A DNA stretch of 64,000 nucleotides from an uncultured Bacilli bacterium (GCA_947627435.1 CANQWB010000001.1:7952-71951), one strand, 5' to 3'. Counted from the first letter of the stretch, positions 50,802 to 60,982 are shown. Notes: generated by a model not told the origin, from the sequence alone. A program made the numbers and translations.

Positions 50802-51845
50802 ATGATAGATAAAATACTAAATTACAAAAACTTGACTAAAAATGAGTTGGCTAATATAAAACAAGAAATTATGCAGTCGAATGATGCGCGATTAATGTTT
50901 TTATATTTATATTTCATTGACCATGAACATCTTGAAGATATTAGTATGAAAATATTAAAAACAGGGAACCTTCGCTACATTCATTTTTTATTACGATCTT
51001 TTAAAGTAACTAATTATGCTAACATAATTGAGTACATTTTAATCAATATTAACGATGCTAAATACTTATATAACATACTTTATGATGTTGATTATTTAGA
51101 TAATAATTATCGTCTTCAAATAATTAATAAAATAATTACTTTAAATGATAATAAATACCTTTTAAAAGCTATATATTATTATTTTATTATTTTAAATTTA
51201 TATGATGAAGAACTATTTGATAAAATGCAAACGCTTTGTCAAAGTCTCTTTAAAATTACGATTAATAAAGATAATTACAAAGCTATATTAGATAACTTAA
51301 TTCATCAAAAAATTGTTGATCCTAAAGGTTTTAGCCCAAATTACTATGAGGGAAGAAACGGTCATATTCCACATCTAATTGTTTGTCATATCAATAATAC
51401 TTATGCTTCAGCTATTAATCACTTTTATGATGAAAAATCTCAAGTATCAAGTCATTATGTTATTAGACAAGATGGCCATATTAAACAGGTTGTCTCACTA
51501 GATAATAGTGCATATGCTAATGGAACATCGCTTAATGAAAATAGTGATGTTTATTATAAATTCGCCTCATCTCCTTTAATAAGCAATGTTAAAGATAATG
51601 CTAATTATTTTACTTTTTCTATCGAATATGAAAGTTTTGATGGTAGCTTAACTGATAAACAAATAAATTCTAGTCTTAAAGTTATAAAAGAAATTATTAA
51701 ATATTTAAAAGATAAATACAATTATGACTTTCCAATAGATAAAGAACACATAATTGGTCATAATGAAGTTAATCCATTAGTTAGAACCAAATGCCCGGGA
51801 TCCAATTTTCCTTATGATAAAATTATTTATCAATTAAAGTCCTAA
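50802..51845 (+). CDS. N-acetylmuramoyl-L-alanine amidase (Amidase_2/PGRP domain) with unknown 170-aa N-terminal domain
   Basis: C-terminal IIGHNEVNPLVRTKCPGSNFP (GH..CPG hallmark of amidase_2), upstream HLIVCHINNT zinc-ligand region. Confidence 0.7.
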   Translation: MIDKILNYKNLTKNELANIKQEIMQSNDARLMFLYLYFIDHEHLEDISMKILKTGNLRYIHFLLRSFKVTNYANIIEYILININDAKYLYNILYDVDYLDNNYRLQIINKIITLNDNKYLLKAIYYYFIILNLYDEELFDKMQTLCQSLFKITINKDNYKAILDNLIHQKIVDPKGFSPNYYEGRNGHIPHLIVCHINNTYASAINHFYDEKSQVSSHYVIRQDGHIKQVVSLDNSAYANGTSLNENSDVYYKFASSPLISNVKDNANYFTFSIEYESFDGSLTDKQINSSLKVIKEIIKYLKDKYNYDFPIDKEHIIGHNEVNPLVRTKCPGSNFPYDKIIYQLKS

Positions 51846-52066
51846 TCATTTTATGAACTGCACCCTTTAGAGTAGATATCAATAAAAAAACTAGTATATT
51901 AAAAAGAGAAAAGTCATTTTTCTCTTTTTATGTAAGTTTTTCTTTTTTTTCTTAACTTTTGACTTTAATCTATTTGTGTTATAATTAAATTAGTAAATGG
52001 ATGCAAACAACGTTTGTAAATGAAAAAATTTATAGTATCTAGAATTATTAGAGAATTCGTACTATA

Positions 52067-52585
52067 ATGATTAATAGGGGGCAGACAATCAAAATGGAAA
52101 TATTAAAAGATTACGTATTTTATATTGTTGAAAATATAGAAATTGCTCAAGGAGAAGCATTACAATATGGTATCAAAAGATGCCAAACAATAATGGATCA
52201 TGATATTTATTTTCAATCGCTACTAGACATGAGACCAGTTGTCGAAGATATTAATATATCAGAAGGATGGAATGAAACCTTTTGTAAACTAGCGGCGTGT
52301 GGATATATCGCGTTTGCAAATTCCGCATTAGAAATTTTAGACGAACAACAATTGTTCATATTGTATTTACCAAGTAATCCACTTGATTTTCAAATAAAAT
52401 TTTTAGAAGATCATATAGAACAATTTTCACAAAATAATTTTGATGTAGGAGTTTTTGGAGAAGAACACCAAGAATTTTTAAAAATAAGAAATCACCAGGA
52501 TTTTTCATCTATAGATTTTCTAACAACATATATACAGGAACATAAACAGAATAACAAACAAAAAAATTATATAAGCAATAAATGA
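52067..52585 (+). CDS. hypothetical protein; its last 6 codons plus stop lie within the IS target duplication
   Basis: 172-aa ORF ending NYISNK*; 3-prime end repeated at 54387-54415. Confidence 0.45.
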   Translation: MINRGQTIKMEILKDYVFYIVENIEIAQGEALQYGIKRCQTIMDHDIYFQSLLDMRPVVEDINISEGWNETFCKLAACGYIAFANSALEILDEQQLFILYLPSNPLDFQIKFLEDHIEQFSQNNFDVGVFGEEHQEFLKIRNHQDFSSIDFLTTYIQEHKQNNKQKNYISNK

Positions 52586-52597
52586 TATTATCAATCA

Positions 52598-54386
52598 TGT
52601 GAAAAATTTATGAAAATGTCTCTATTTTCAAATAGTAATAATTAGCGAAAATGTCTCTAACAACAAAATAAAAAAAAAGACGAATAATTAGTGAAAATGT
52701 CCCTATTTTCAATTAAAATATCTCCTAGTCATTTAAGATTAGGAGGTTTTTAAATTGTTAAATGCTATAGAACGAAAAAAATATGAAACAATTGAAAAAG
52801 TAATTAAAAATGAATTAACCAGAAAGGAAGCAAGTTTTGAACTTAATCTATCACTTAAACAAATTGATAGATTAAAAAAGATTTATTTGAATGAAGGTGA
52901 AAAAGGTTTTGTTCATGGAAATCGGGGTAAACCAAATCCTAATAAAAAAGATGACAAATTAATAATAGAATTAGAAGAATTATATTTAAAAGAATATTAT
53001 GATTATAATTTTGAACAATTTTATGAGGAAATAGAAAGAAAATATAATATATCATATGATGTTATTTTAAAAAGATTTAAACAAGATGATATTATCTCTC
53101 CATTAGCTCATAAAAAGACAGTGAAAAATTATAATGAGAAGATGAAAAATGCAATAGCAAATAAAGATTATATTCAAGAAGAAAAAATAGAACTTTTTAA
53201 ATCAAGAATAATTGAAATTGAAAAAGCACATATAAGAAGATCAAATAATTTATATGTATTTGGACAAGAAATACAAATGGATGCTTGTGAAAAAAAGTGG
53301 TTTGGTGGAATAGTAACTTATTTACATTTAGTAGTAGATAAAGCCACTAAAAAAGTTTTATTTGGATGGTTTGAATATGAAGAAATAACAAGGGGATATT
53401 TTGTTTTATTATTTCATATAATAATTAATTATGGCATACCTGCAAAAATAAAAGCAGATAACCGAAGTTCATTTTCTGCTAATAATGCTAAGAATAAAGA
53501 AAAAAAGAACTTTTTAACACAGTTTGGTAAAGTATGTGAAAGATTAAATATTGTATTAGAAACAACTAGTATAGCAACTGCTAAAGCAAATGTTGAGAGA
53601 GAAAATAAAACATTTAAAGATAGACTAATTGCTGAATTAAGACATGAAAATATTAATAATATCGATGATGCTAACAAATATTTAAATGAAATCTTTATTC
53701 CAAAAATGAATAAAAAATTTTCATACGTTATTGATAAAAAAACATCAGTAATGAAACCAAATACATATACAGAAGAAGAACTTAAAATAATAATTTCTGA
53801 AAGAAAAGACAAAATTATTGATAATGCATCTGCAATTAGTTATAACCATAATTATTATATTCCTATCAATCCAGAAACTGGTGAAGTTACCGCTTTTTCA
53901 AAAGGTACTAAATGTACTTTAATAATTAATTATGATGGTGATTTACTATGTGAAATAGAAAATCATTACTATCAATTATTAAAACTTGAAAATCGTGATT
54001 CAATTATGAAAAAAGAATCTGATATTAAACAAAATAAAAAAGAACATCATAAATATATTCCGCCTAAAAATCACCCTTGGAGGAAAAATATGATGCTCAA
54101 TCATTAATATTGAGGCTTTAACCTCATACCCTAAGGTTTATCGCTTAGGGCTTTCAAAAAAAGAAATATATCTTTTTTGCTTAGCATTACTTAAGTGCTC
54201 AGGTCACTCCTCAGTGTTGCCTTATCCCCTCAAGTAACATCCATTATTATATTTATTTTTATTAAGGAGTCAATAATTATTACTAGGGACATTTTCAAAA
54301 ATTTTTTACTAAAATTCATATTTTTATTAAGGACATTTTCACTAATTATTACTTAATAAAAAAAGAGACATTTTTACTAATTATTC
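52598..54386 (+). mobile_element. IS element of the ISNCY/IS1202 group (about 1.79 kb) flanked by 29-bp direct repeats
   Basis: Direct repeat ATATAAGCAATAAATGATATTATCAATCA at 52569-52597 and 54387-54415; imperfect terminal IRs with multiple sub-terminal GAAAATGTC(T/C)CT repeats at both ends in inverted orientation; single DDE transposase. Confidence 0.7.
52755..54107 (+). CDS. DDE transposase (N-terminal HTH + rve integrase-core domain)
   Basis: 450 aa, TTG start after AGGAGG; core IKADNRSSFSAN...ERENKTFKDRL resembles rve D,D(35)E region. Confidence 0.75.
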   Translation: MLNAIERKKYETIEKVIKNELTRKEASFELNLSLKQIDRLKKIYLNEGEKGFVHGNRGKPNPNKKDDKLIIELEELYLKEYYDYNFEQFYEEIERKYNISYDVILKRFKQDDIISPLAHKKTVKNYNEKMKNAIANKDYIQEEKIELFKSRIIEIEKAHIRRSNNLYVFGQEIQMDACEKKWFGGIVTYLHLVVDKATKKVLFGWFEYEEITRGYFVLLFHIIINYGIPAKIKADNRSSFSANNAKNKEKKNFLTQFGKVCERLNIVLETTSIATAKANVERENKTFKDRLIAELRHENINNIDDANKYLNEIFIPKMNKKFSYVIDKKTSVMKPNTYTEEELKIIISERKDKIIDNASAISYNHNYYIPINPETGEVTAFSKGTKCTLIINYDGDLLCEIENHYYQLLKLENRDSIMKKESDIKQNKKEHHKYIPPKNHPWRKNMMLNH

Positions 54387-54458
54387 ATATAAGCAATAAA
54401 TGATATTATCAATCAATTGATGAAATTGTAAATATATGATACAATAATTGCAATAAAA

Positions 54459-55268
54459 TTGTTATATGAAAGGAAAATTACTATGAATGAAAAGAAGAAA
54501 TTATTGGTTTTGTTGGGACTAGCTATTTTACTAGCAATTGTAATTGTAATTATTTATATAGTAAATGCAATTACAACAAAACAATTATTAAAAGATATTG
54601 ATAAAACGATGAAATCGGAAGAAGTGCAAATATTTTATTTAGCCAGACCAACTTGTTACTATTGTAATTTATTAAAACCAGTTACTGATACTTTGAAAGA
54701 AGAATATGATTTAACATATTATGAAATTAATACAGATAATTATAATAAAAATCAGTTGAAAAAAATAATAAAACATTTTGGAGTGGATTTTGAAACATTT
54801 GGTACACCAGATTTAATTATTACACAAAATGGAAAAGTAATTGATGAACATGGTGGATATGCAGATGAAAATATTATATTTGATTTTTTCCAATCAAATG
54901 GAGTGATTTCATCCGATGCTACACTCGCATTTCAATATATTGATTACGATACTTTTAAAAATATGTGGAATAATGGTGAAAAACATTTGATTATGATTGG
55001 TGAAACCGGAGAAACAAGTTTAACTGCTAGAAATACATTAAAAAGCTTAATTAGTCAATATGGTTTTACTATCTCATATATGGATATCGCAGAATCGGGA
55101 GAGACAGAAGGTTATACGGAACTATTAGAAATGATTGGTCATGTAGATCAGGTAACTTATCCAATTTTAATGGTAGTTGAGAATGGAACTATATTAGCAG
55201 AAACAAATCAAACTACAAAAGAAACATATGAGGAATTTTTAAAAACAAACGGATATATTGTATCTTAA
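54459..55268 (+). CDS. membrane-anchored thioredoxin-fold protein
   Basis: N-terminal TM; CxxC motif PTCYYC; two thioredoxin-like halves. Confidence 0.5.
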   Translation: MLYERKITMNEKKKLLVLLGLAILLAIVIVIIYIVNAITTKQLLKDIDKTMKSEEVQIFYLARPTCYYCNLLKPVTDTLKEEYDLTYYEINTDNYNKNQLKKIIKHFGVDFETFGTPDLIITQNGKVIDEHGGYADENIIFDFFQSNGVISSDATLAFQYIDYDTFKNMWNNGEKHLIMIGETGETSLTARNTLKSLISQYGFTISYMDIAESGETEGYTELLEMIGHVDQVTYPILMVVENGTILAETNQTTKETYEEFLKTNGYIVS

Positions 55269-55725
55269 AGGAGTTAATATGGAAAATAATATTTATGAAC
55301 AAGCTGTAGCTTTTAAAAAAAGATATCCTTTTACCATTGCATGGAGAATCAAAGCACATGCTAAAGTAGCGCAGAAACATTTGAATCCAGATGAACAAGT
55401 CTTATATGTTTTTACTGCTCAGAAAAATAATAATCCAATTGATATCATTACAAGCTATGTCTGTGTGTTGACCAATCGTAGATTGTTATTAGCACATAAA
55501 AGAGTAGCATTTGGATATTTTTTTACATCTATTACACCAGATTTATTTAATGATTTAAAAGTAAATATGGGATTTTTATGGGGCAAAGTTTATATTGATA
55601 CCGTAAAAGAAATAGTTCCATTGTCCAATATTCAAAAAGATGCTTTAAATGAAATTGAAACAAACATTACAAGTTACATGATGGAAGAAAAAAAGAAATA
55701 TATAAATTTTCAAGCAAACATATAG
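55258..55725 (+). CDS. bacterial PH (bPH_2/YdbS-like) domain protein
   Basis: 155-aa ORF; weak pattern match only. Confidence 0.4.
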   Translation: MYLKGVNMENNIYEQAVAFKKRYPFTIAWRIKAHAKVAQKHLNPDEQVLYVFTAQKNNNPIDIITSYVCVLTNRRLLLAHKRVAFGYFFTSITPDLFNDLKVNMGFLWGKVYIDTVKEIVPLSNIQKDALNEIETNITSYMMEEKKKYINFQANI

Positions 55726-55822
55726 AAAACTAGATAAAATATCTAGTTTTCAATTGTTTTTCATCTATTTTCAAAATAAAAATAATATGATATACTAAAT
55801 ACAATAGATTGTAGGTGACAAC

Positions 55823-56842
55823 ATGAAAGAAAAATCTATTCTAACAGGAATACGTCCTACCGGTAATATGCATTTAGGGCATTATTTTGGTGCTGCCAAA
55901 ACATGGAAACAATTACAAGAACGTAGGGAACCATTTTATTTAGAGATAGCAGATGTCCAAGCATTGACCGATAACTTTGAACAACCAGAGAAAGTGCGTA
56001 AAAATGTAAGAGAATTAACAATTGACATTTTATCATGCGGAATTGATCCAAATAAAACTAATATTTTTATACAATCTATGATTCCAGAAATTGCAGAATT
56101 AACAGTATTTTATTCTAATTTAGTAACGATAGCAAGATTGTATCGCAATCCTACTGTAAAAACAGAAATGCGTCAGAAAAAAGAGTTATTTGGTGAAAAT
56201 GGGGAAGGAATTACATATGGTTTTTTAGGCTATCCAGTCAGTCAAGCAGCCGATATCACTGCATTTACGGGAGCATATGTTCCTGTCGGCGAAGACCAAT
56301 TACCTCTTTTAGAGCAATGTCGTGAAATTGTTCGTAAATTTAATCATATATATGGAGAAACATTGATAGAACCAGAACCTATTTTAAGTGAAAATACCAG
56401 AATTAAAGGATTGGATGGTAACGAAAAAATGGGGAAAAGTCTCGGAAATGCTATATTTTTATCAGACGATGAAAGTACAGTTGCAAGTAAAATTATGGGA
56501 GCTGTTACCGATCCAAGCAAAATTAGAAAAGATGATCCTGCGAATCCAGAAATTTGTATGGTATATTACTATCATAAATTAGTCAATTCCGATAACTTAG
56601 AAACTGTTTGTAAAGAATGTAAAAATGGTACCCGTGGATGTGTAGCATGTAAAAAAGAATTAATTGCTAGTATGCTTAAATTTCTAAAACCAATTCAAGA
56701 AAAACGAACATATTATATAAACCATCCTGAAGTAGTCGATAAAGTATTACAAGATGGTACAAAAAAAGCACAGGAAAAAGCCAAAGAAACAATGAAAACA
56801 ATTAAAGCGAATATGCAAATTGAATATTTTGATAAGGAATGA
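55823..56842 (+). CDS. trpS: tryptophan--tRNA ligase
   Basis: 339 aa; HIGH motif TGNMHLGHY, KMSKS variant KMGKS, class I TrpRS architecture. Confidence 0.9.
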   Translation: MKEKSILTGIRPTGNMHLGHYFGAAKTWKQLQERREPFYLEIADVQALTDNFEQPEKVRKNVRELTIDILSCGIDPNKTNIFIQSMIPEIAELTVFYSNLVTIARLYRNPTVKTEMRQKKELFGENGEGITYGFLGYPVSQAADITAFTGAYVPVGEDQLPLLEQCREIVRKFNHIYGETLIEPEPILSENTRIKGLDGNEKMGKSLGNAIFLSDDESTVASKIMGAVTDPSKIRKDDPANPEICMVYYYHKLVNSDNLETVCKECKNGTRGCVACKKELIASMLKFLKPIQEKRTYYINHPEVVDKVLQDGTKKAQEKAKETMKTIKANMQIEYFDKE

Positions 56843-57210
56843 ATCGTATGATTAGGGAAAGAAAAATAACAACGAATATCTTATTATCCATATTTACATT
56901 AGGATTATATACAATTGTATGGTTTATTACATTAACGGATGATGCTAGTAGCGCATCTGAAGATAGCAGTATGTCGGGTGCAATAGCTCTTCTACTAACT
57001 ATTATTACTTGTGGCATCTATGGCATTTATTGGAATTATAAAATGGGAAAATTATTATGTAGTGCCAAAGAAAATGTTGGTTTGAGAGCAACTGATAATT
57101 CTATTTTGTATTTAATACTTAGTATATTGAGTTTTAGTATATTTGGTTTAGAAATTGTCAATTATTGTTTAATGCAATCAGAGTTAAATGATATCGCAAA
57201 TGCACAATGA
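56839..57210 (+). CDS. DUF4234-like small membrane protein
   Basis: Two TM helices with GIYGIYW motif. Confidence 0.45.
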   Translation: MNRMIRERKITTNILLSIFTLGLYTIVWFITLTDDASSASEDSSMSGAIALLLTIITCGIYGIYWNYKMGKLLCSAKENVGLRATDNSILYLILSILSFSIFGLEIVNYCLMQSELNDIANAQ

Positions 57211-57593
57211 AAAAGTGGATTAGTTTCATTTTATTTCCTATATTAGGAATACTTTTCTATGTTCTATATCATTGTGGAATTCAAATACCGTGTTTTTTTC
57301 ATGAATTAACAGGATATTATTGTCCAGGATGTGGTATGGGACGTGCTTTATACGCATTACTGAATTGGCAATGGCATCGTGCATTCCAATTGAATTTGTT
57401 AGGGTTAATACTATTGCCATGGTTATTATGCTATTTACAATATCAATTACTTTGTTGGGGATTTGATTGGAAAGATAAAATAACAAAACATCTTCCTAAA
57501 CAAGTATTATATGGAATTCTTGCGATTGTAATACTATATGGAATGATGCGAAACATAGATGTTTTTTCATGGATGGCACCTATTGATATATAG
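57207..57593 (+). CDS. DUF2752-like membrane protein
   Basis: CPGCGMGRA motif after first TM helix. Confidence 0.5.
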   Translation: MKKWISFILFPILGILFYVLYHCGIQIPCFFHELTGYYCPGCGMGRALYALLNWQWHRAFQLNLLGLILLPWLLCYLQYQLLCWGFDWKDKITKHLPKQVLYGILAIVILYGMMRNIDVFSWMAPIDI

Positions 57594-57626
57594 AATTTAA
57601 TAAATAAGAAAAAGGGAGAGGATAGT

Positions 57627-58376
57627 GTGAAGAAAATTTTTTTACGTGATGCAGAAAACAACGAAATTTCACCAGATTTAGTACGTTATTTTCAATATCA
57701 ATCCGGTGGATGTCTCATATATACTTTCCATGAAATAGATGAAAATAAATTTATCACATTATATGCTGTAAAAGTAATAGAAGAATTAGGTGTTTTTGTT
57801 TCTAAATACGCATTTAATGATTGGGAATGGGGGAATATGCGTACCATTATTCAAACCATGCTAACAGAGATTCAAAACCATGAAGAATCGTCTTTTAAAG
57901 ATTTAGATGTAAATGCTATTCAAGGAATGCGCATAGTAGAAGTAAGACGTTTTAAAATTCTTGCAGAGTTAGTAGACAGCTTGAGCAATGGTATAGAAGA
58001 TGGTTTGGATGACACGGTTACTCAGAATTTAGAAGATAATGTAGTAGATACCAATATTAACCATTCTAAATGCATTCAATTGGATCAATTAAAAGCACAA
58101 TATCGTTTGGAAAATCATATAAATCCTATTTATGAAGTATTCACAAACTATGATATTCCACCATTGGCAGAAATTCCAAAACCTAAAATGGAAAAGAAAA
58201 AGATTCATATGAAAGAAATGTATCATAGTCCAACTGCCAAAAAAATTTTGGATACCACCATTACAATAGAAAAATATCGACAATTAAAACAAGAAAATGA
58301 GTTTTTAAAACAAAAACTAGTGCAATATGAAAAAAAATACCAAGCAATTTTAGAATTACTGAATAAAGACGAATAG
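57627..58376 (+). CDS. hypothetical protein with C-terminal coiled coil
   Basis: 249-aa ORF. Confidence 0.4.
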   Translation: MKKIFLRDAENNEISPDLVRYFQYQSGGCLIYTFHEIDENKFITLYAVKVIEELGVFVSKYAFNDWEWGNMRTIIQTMLTEIQNHEESSFKDLDVNAIQGMRIVEVRRFKILAELVDSLSNGIEDGLDDTVTQNLEDNVVDTNINHSKCIQLDQLKAQYRLENHINPIYEVFTNYDIPPLAEIPKPKMEKKKIHMKEMYHSPTAKKILDTTITIEKYRQLKQENEFLKQKLVQYEKKYQAILELLNKDE

Positions 58377-58421
58377 TCTTTTTTTTAATATGCTTACATA
58401 AATTGGAATAGAGGTGAATAT

Positions 58422-59330
58422 ATGAAAAATGCACTACAATATTATTATCATCTAATGGTTCAAGATATTCATCAAGTAGATGGTGTATATAAATTCGCCA
58501 TCCAAAACCAATATTATGCTTTGTATCCATATGATGGAGATACCAATTATATAAATATTATATATCGCTTTAGTATTCGTTTATTAGAACAAGGTATCTA
58601 TTGTCATCAAATTATGCTGAATATTAATCAAGAGATGATTACATATATCAATCAAATACCCTATATTTTATTGAGAAGCAATTATGCTTTAGATGAAAAA
58701 ATAACGATGGAACATTTAATTATGTTTTCCAATATGACGAGTAATATTCAATATTTAGAGGAATTACGTCATGATAATTGGGAAAAATTGTGGAGTGAAA
58801 AAATTGATTATTTTGAATATCAGGTCAATCAATTTGGAAAAGCACATCCAATTATTCGAGAAAGTTTTAGTTATTTTGTTGGACTGGCGGAGACTGGAAT
58901 TAGTTTATTAAATCAAACGAAATTAGATTATAAAAATTTAGTAATATCTCATAAAAGGATGAAACGTAATCAAACTGTTTTTGATTTATACAATCCACTT
59001 TCTTTTATTATAGATGTCAAGATTCGAGATGTTTGTGAATATTTTAAAGAATCCTTTGTCAGTAATGAAGATATATGGAAGGATATTGAATTTTATTTAA
59101 CAAATAATACTCTTACAAGTTATGAATATTTAATGTTTTTAATTCGCATGTTCTATCCATCCTTTTATTTTGATTTATATGAAGATATTATGAAAAATAA
59201 TAAGGATGAAAAACTATTATTACCTGTCATTCGTCTTGCCAGTCGTTATGAACAATTATTGAAACAAATATATTTTTATATCGGACATTTTGTTGCACTT
59301 CCAGATATAGAATGGATAAAAAAAATATAG
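58422..59330 (+). CDS. hypothetical protein, possibly CotS/YutH-like kinase-fold spore coat protein
   Basis: 302-aa ORF; weak resemblance only. Confidence 0.3.
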   Translation: MKNALQYYYHLMVQDIHQVDGVYKFAIQNQYYALYPYDGDTNYINIIYRFSIRLLEQGIYCHQIMLNINQEMITYINQIPYILLRSNYALDEKITMEHLIMFSNMTSNIQYLEELRHDNWEKLWSEKIDYFEYQVNQFGKAHPIIRESFSYFVGLAETGISLLNQTKLDYKNLVISHKRMKRNQTVFDLYNPLSFIIDVKIRDVCEYFKESFVSNEDIWKDIEFYLTNNTLTSYEYLMFLIRMFYPSFYFDLYEDIMKNNKDEKLLLPVIRLASRYEQLLKQIYFYIGHFVALPDIEWIKKI

Positions 59331-59334
59331 AAGG

Positions 59335-59601
59335 TTATGCTTCCATATTTTTAACATTAATAACTTCTTTGACTTCTGGTACCTCTTCTTTGATGGCCAT
59401 TTCAATTCCATCTTTTAATGTAAGATCAATCATTTCACAGTCAGAACATGCACCTAACATGTGAATATATACAATATTATCTTCATATTTAATAAATTCA
59501 ATATTTCCACCATCATTGATTAAAAAAGGTCTTAGGGTATCAATGACTTCTTTAATTTTTTCTTCTGCATTTTTCATATAATCACCATATTTATTATACA
59601 A
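59335..59601 (-). CDS. NifU-like Fe-S cluster protein (Nfu C-terminal domain)
   Basis: 88 aa; CxxC pair GACSDCEM within Nfu-type fold pattern. Confidence 0.7.
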   Translation of the reverse strand: MYNKYGDYMKNAEEKIKEVIDTLRPFLINDGGNIEFIKYEDNIVYIHMLGACSDCEMIDLTLKDGIEMAIKEEVPEVKEVINVKNMEA

Positions 59602-59641
59602 AAATAATAGGTTTACGTAAACATTTTTTGATTATTTCTAT

Positions 59642-60052
59642 TTGTATGATATAATACTAATTGAGGTGTCCCTTATGGCAAAATATGAAAAAGGAAAAAT
59701 TATACAAGGTACTGTTAGTGGAATTGAACCATATGGAATTTTTATTCAGATCGATGAATATTACAGTGGCCTTATACATATATCTGAAGTATCAAGCAAA
59801 TTTGTGAGACACCCATCAAATTATGCAACAGTAGGGGAAACGATTCATGCAGAAATATTAGATATTAATGAAGCAACACACCAAATGAAATTAAGTATTA
59901 AAAATATTGCTTATCGCAATCAACCTCATAGAAGAAGAAAGCAAATTGTAGAAACAAAATCTGGTTTTAGAACACTTGCTTATAAGCTTCCAAAATGGAT
60001 TGACGAAAACTTAAAAAATGCCAAAAAAGAAACAAATTCTATTGACAAATAA
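59642..60052 (+). CDS. S1 RNA-binding domain protein (YugI/GSP13-like); probable start MAKYEKGK at 59678
   Basis: S1 motif GKIIQGTVSGIEPYGIFIQIDEYYSGLIHISEV. Confidence 0.7.
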   Translation: MYDIILIEVSLMAKYEKGKIIQGTVSGIEPYGIFIQIDEYYSGLIHISEVSSKFVRHPSNYATVGETIHAEILDINEATHQMKLSIKNIAYRNQPHRRRKQIVETKSGFRTLAYKLPKWIDENLKNAKKETNSIDK

Positions 60053-60088
60053 ATAGAGAGATGGTATAGTTAAATACGTCCAGTACAT

Positions 60089-60165
60089 GGGCGATTAGCT
60101 CAGTTGGTTAGAGCACCTGCCCTACAAGCAGGGGGTCGTAGGTTCGAGTCCTACATCGCCCACCA
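60089..60165 (+). tRNA. tRNA-Val (anticodon TAC)
   Basis: Hand-folded: acceptor GGGCGAT/ATCGCCC, anticodon stem CCTGC/GCAGG, loop CCTACAA, encoded CCA. Confidence 0.85.
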
Positions 60166-60176
60166 TTTATTTTTTT

Positions 60177-60252
60177 GCCGAAATGGCGCAATTGGTAGCG
60201 CAACTGACTTGTAATCAGTAGGTTACGGGTTCGATTCCTGTTTTCGGCACCA
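60177..60252 (+). tRNA. tRNA-Thr (anticodon TGT)
   Basis: Acceptor GCCGAAA/TTTCGGC, anticodon loop CTTGTAA, encoded CCA. Confidence 0.85.
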
Positions 60253-60257
60253 GTTAT

Positions 60258-60341
60258 GGAGGGGTAGCGAAGTGGTCAAACGCGGCAGACTGTAAATCTG
60301 TTCCTTCGGGTTCGATGGTTCAAATCCATCTCCCTCCACCA
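60258..60341 (+). tRNA. tRNA-Tyr (anticodon GTA), type II with long variable arm
   Basis: Acceptor GGAGGGG/TCCCTCC, anticodon loop CTGTAAA, variable arm TCCTTCGGG.., CCA. Confidence 0.85.
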
Positions 60342-60356
60342 CTTATTTGGTTACAT

Positions 60357-60432
60357 TGCCTCGTAGCCAAGCGGTAAGGCACCACACTTTGACTGTGGCA
60401 TTGCGCTAGTTCGAATCTAGCCGAGGCAGCCA
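60357..60432 (+). tRNA. tRNA-Gln (anticodon TTG)
   Basis: U1:A72, acceptor TGCCTCG/CGAGGCA, anticodon stem CCACA/TGTGG loop CTTTGAC, CCA. Confidence 0.85.
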
Positions 60433-60447
60433 TTTTTTAATTCATAT

Positions 60448-60523
60448 GTCCCGTTAGCTCAGCAGGTAGAGCATTTGACTTTTAATCAAAGGGTCACAGA
60501 TTCGAATTCTGTACGGGACACCA
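60448..60523 (+). tRNA. tRNA-Lys (anticodon TTT)
   Basis: Acceptor GTCCCGT/ACGGGAC, anticodon loop CTTTTAA, CCA. Confidence 0.9.
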
Positions 60524-60527
60524 CTGT

Positions 60528-60616
60528 GCCTGAGTGGCGAAATTGGTAGACGCACAGGACTTAAAATCCTGCGGGAGTCAAATCCCGTGCCGGTTCAAGT
60601 CCGGCCTTAGGCACCA
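60528..60616 (+). tRNA. tRNA-Leu (anticodon TAA), type II
   Basis: Acceptor GCCTGAG/CTTAGGC, anticodon loop CTTAAAA, long variable arm, CCA. Confidence 0.85.
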
Positions 60617-60796
60617 TGTTGATAAGAGCTCCACAAGTGTGGAGTTTTATGTTGTATAAAATTTTTTATAGATTATATATTAGTTGTGTCAACTAAGGCA
60701 TCTTTTTTAATAAATTGAATAAAATGTATTGCATTCATAAAAATATTTTGTTATAATCAAATACGTATCGAGGGACAAATACGATACATATTGGAT

Positions 60797-60887
60797 GGAG
60801 AAATACCCAAGTCTGGTTGAAGGGACCGGTCTTGAAAACCGGGAGGTCGGCGACGGCGCGGGGGTTCGAATCCCTCTTTCTCCGCCA
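60797..60887 (+). tRNA. tRNA-Ser (anticodon TGA), type II
   Basis: Acceptor GGAGAAA/TTTCTCC, anticodon stem CCGGT/ACCGG loop CTTGAAA, GC-rich long variable arm, CCA. Confidence 0.85.
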
Positions 60888-60902
60888 TTTAATAATTGAT
60901 AT

Positions 60903-60979
<77 letters not shown>

Positions 60980-60982
60980 AAT

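Noticed and set aside
52598-52760. Spaced near-identical repeats (AATTAGCGAAAATGTCTCT / AATTAGTGAAAATGTCCCT ...) that superficially resemble a mini-CRISPR array
   Set aside because: Only three copies with unequal spacing; mirrored in inverted orientation at 54290-54386; they are sub-terminal transposase-binding repeats of the IS element, and no cas genes are present.
55726-55822. Looked for a T-box riboswitch leader upstream of trpS
   Set aside because: The intergenic region is only about 97 nt (terminator hairpin of the upstream gene plus a promoter) with no specifier or antiterminator structure; too short for a T-box.
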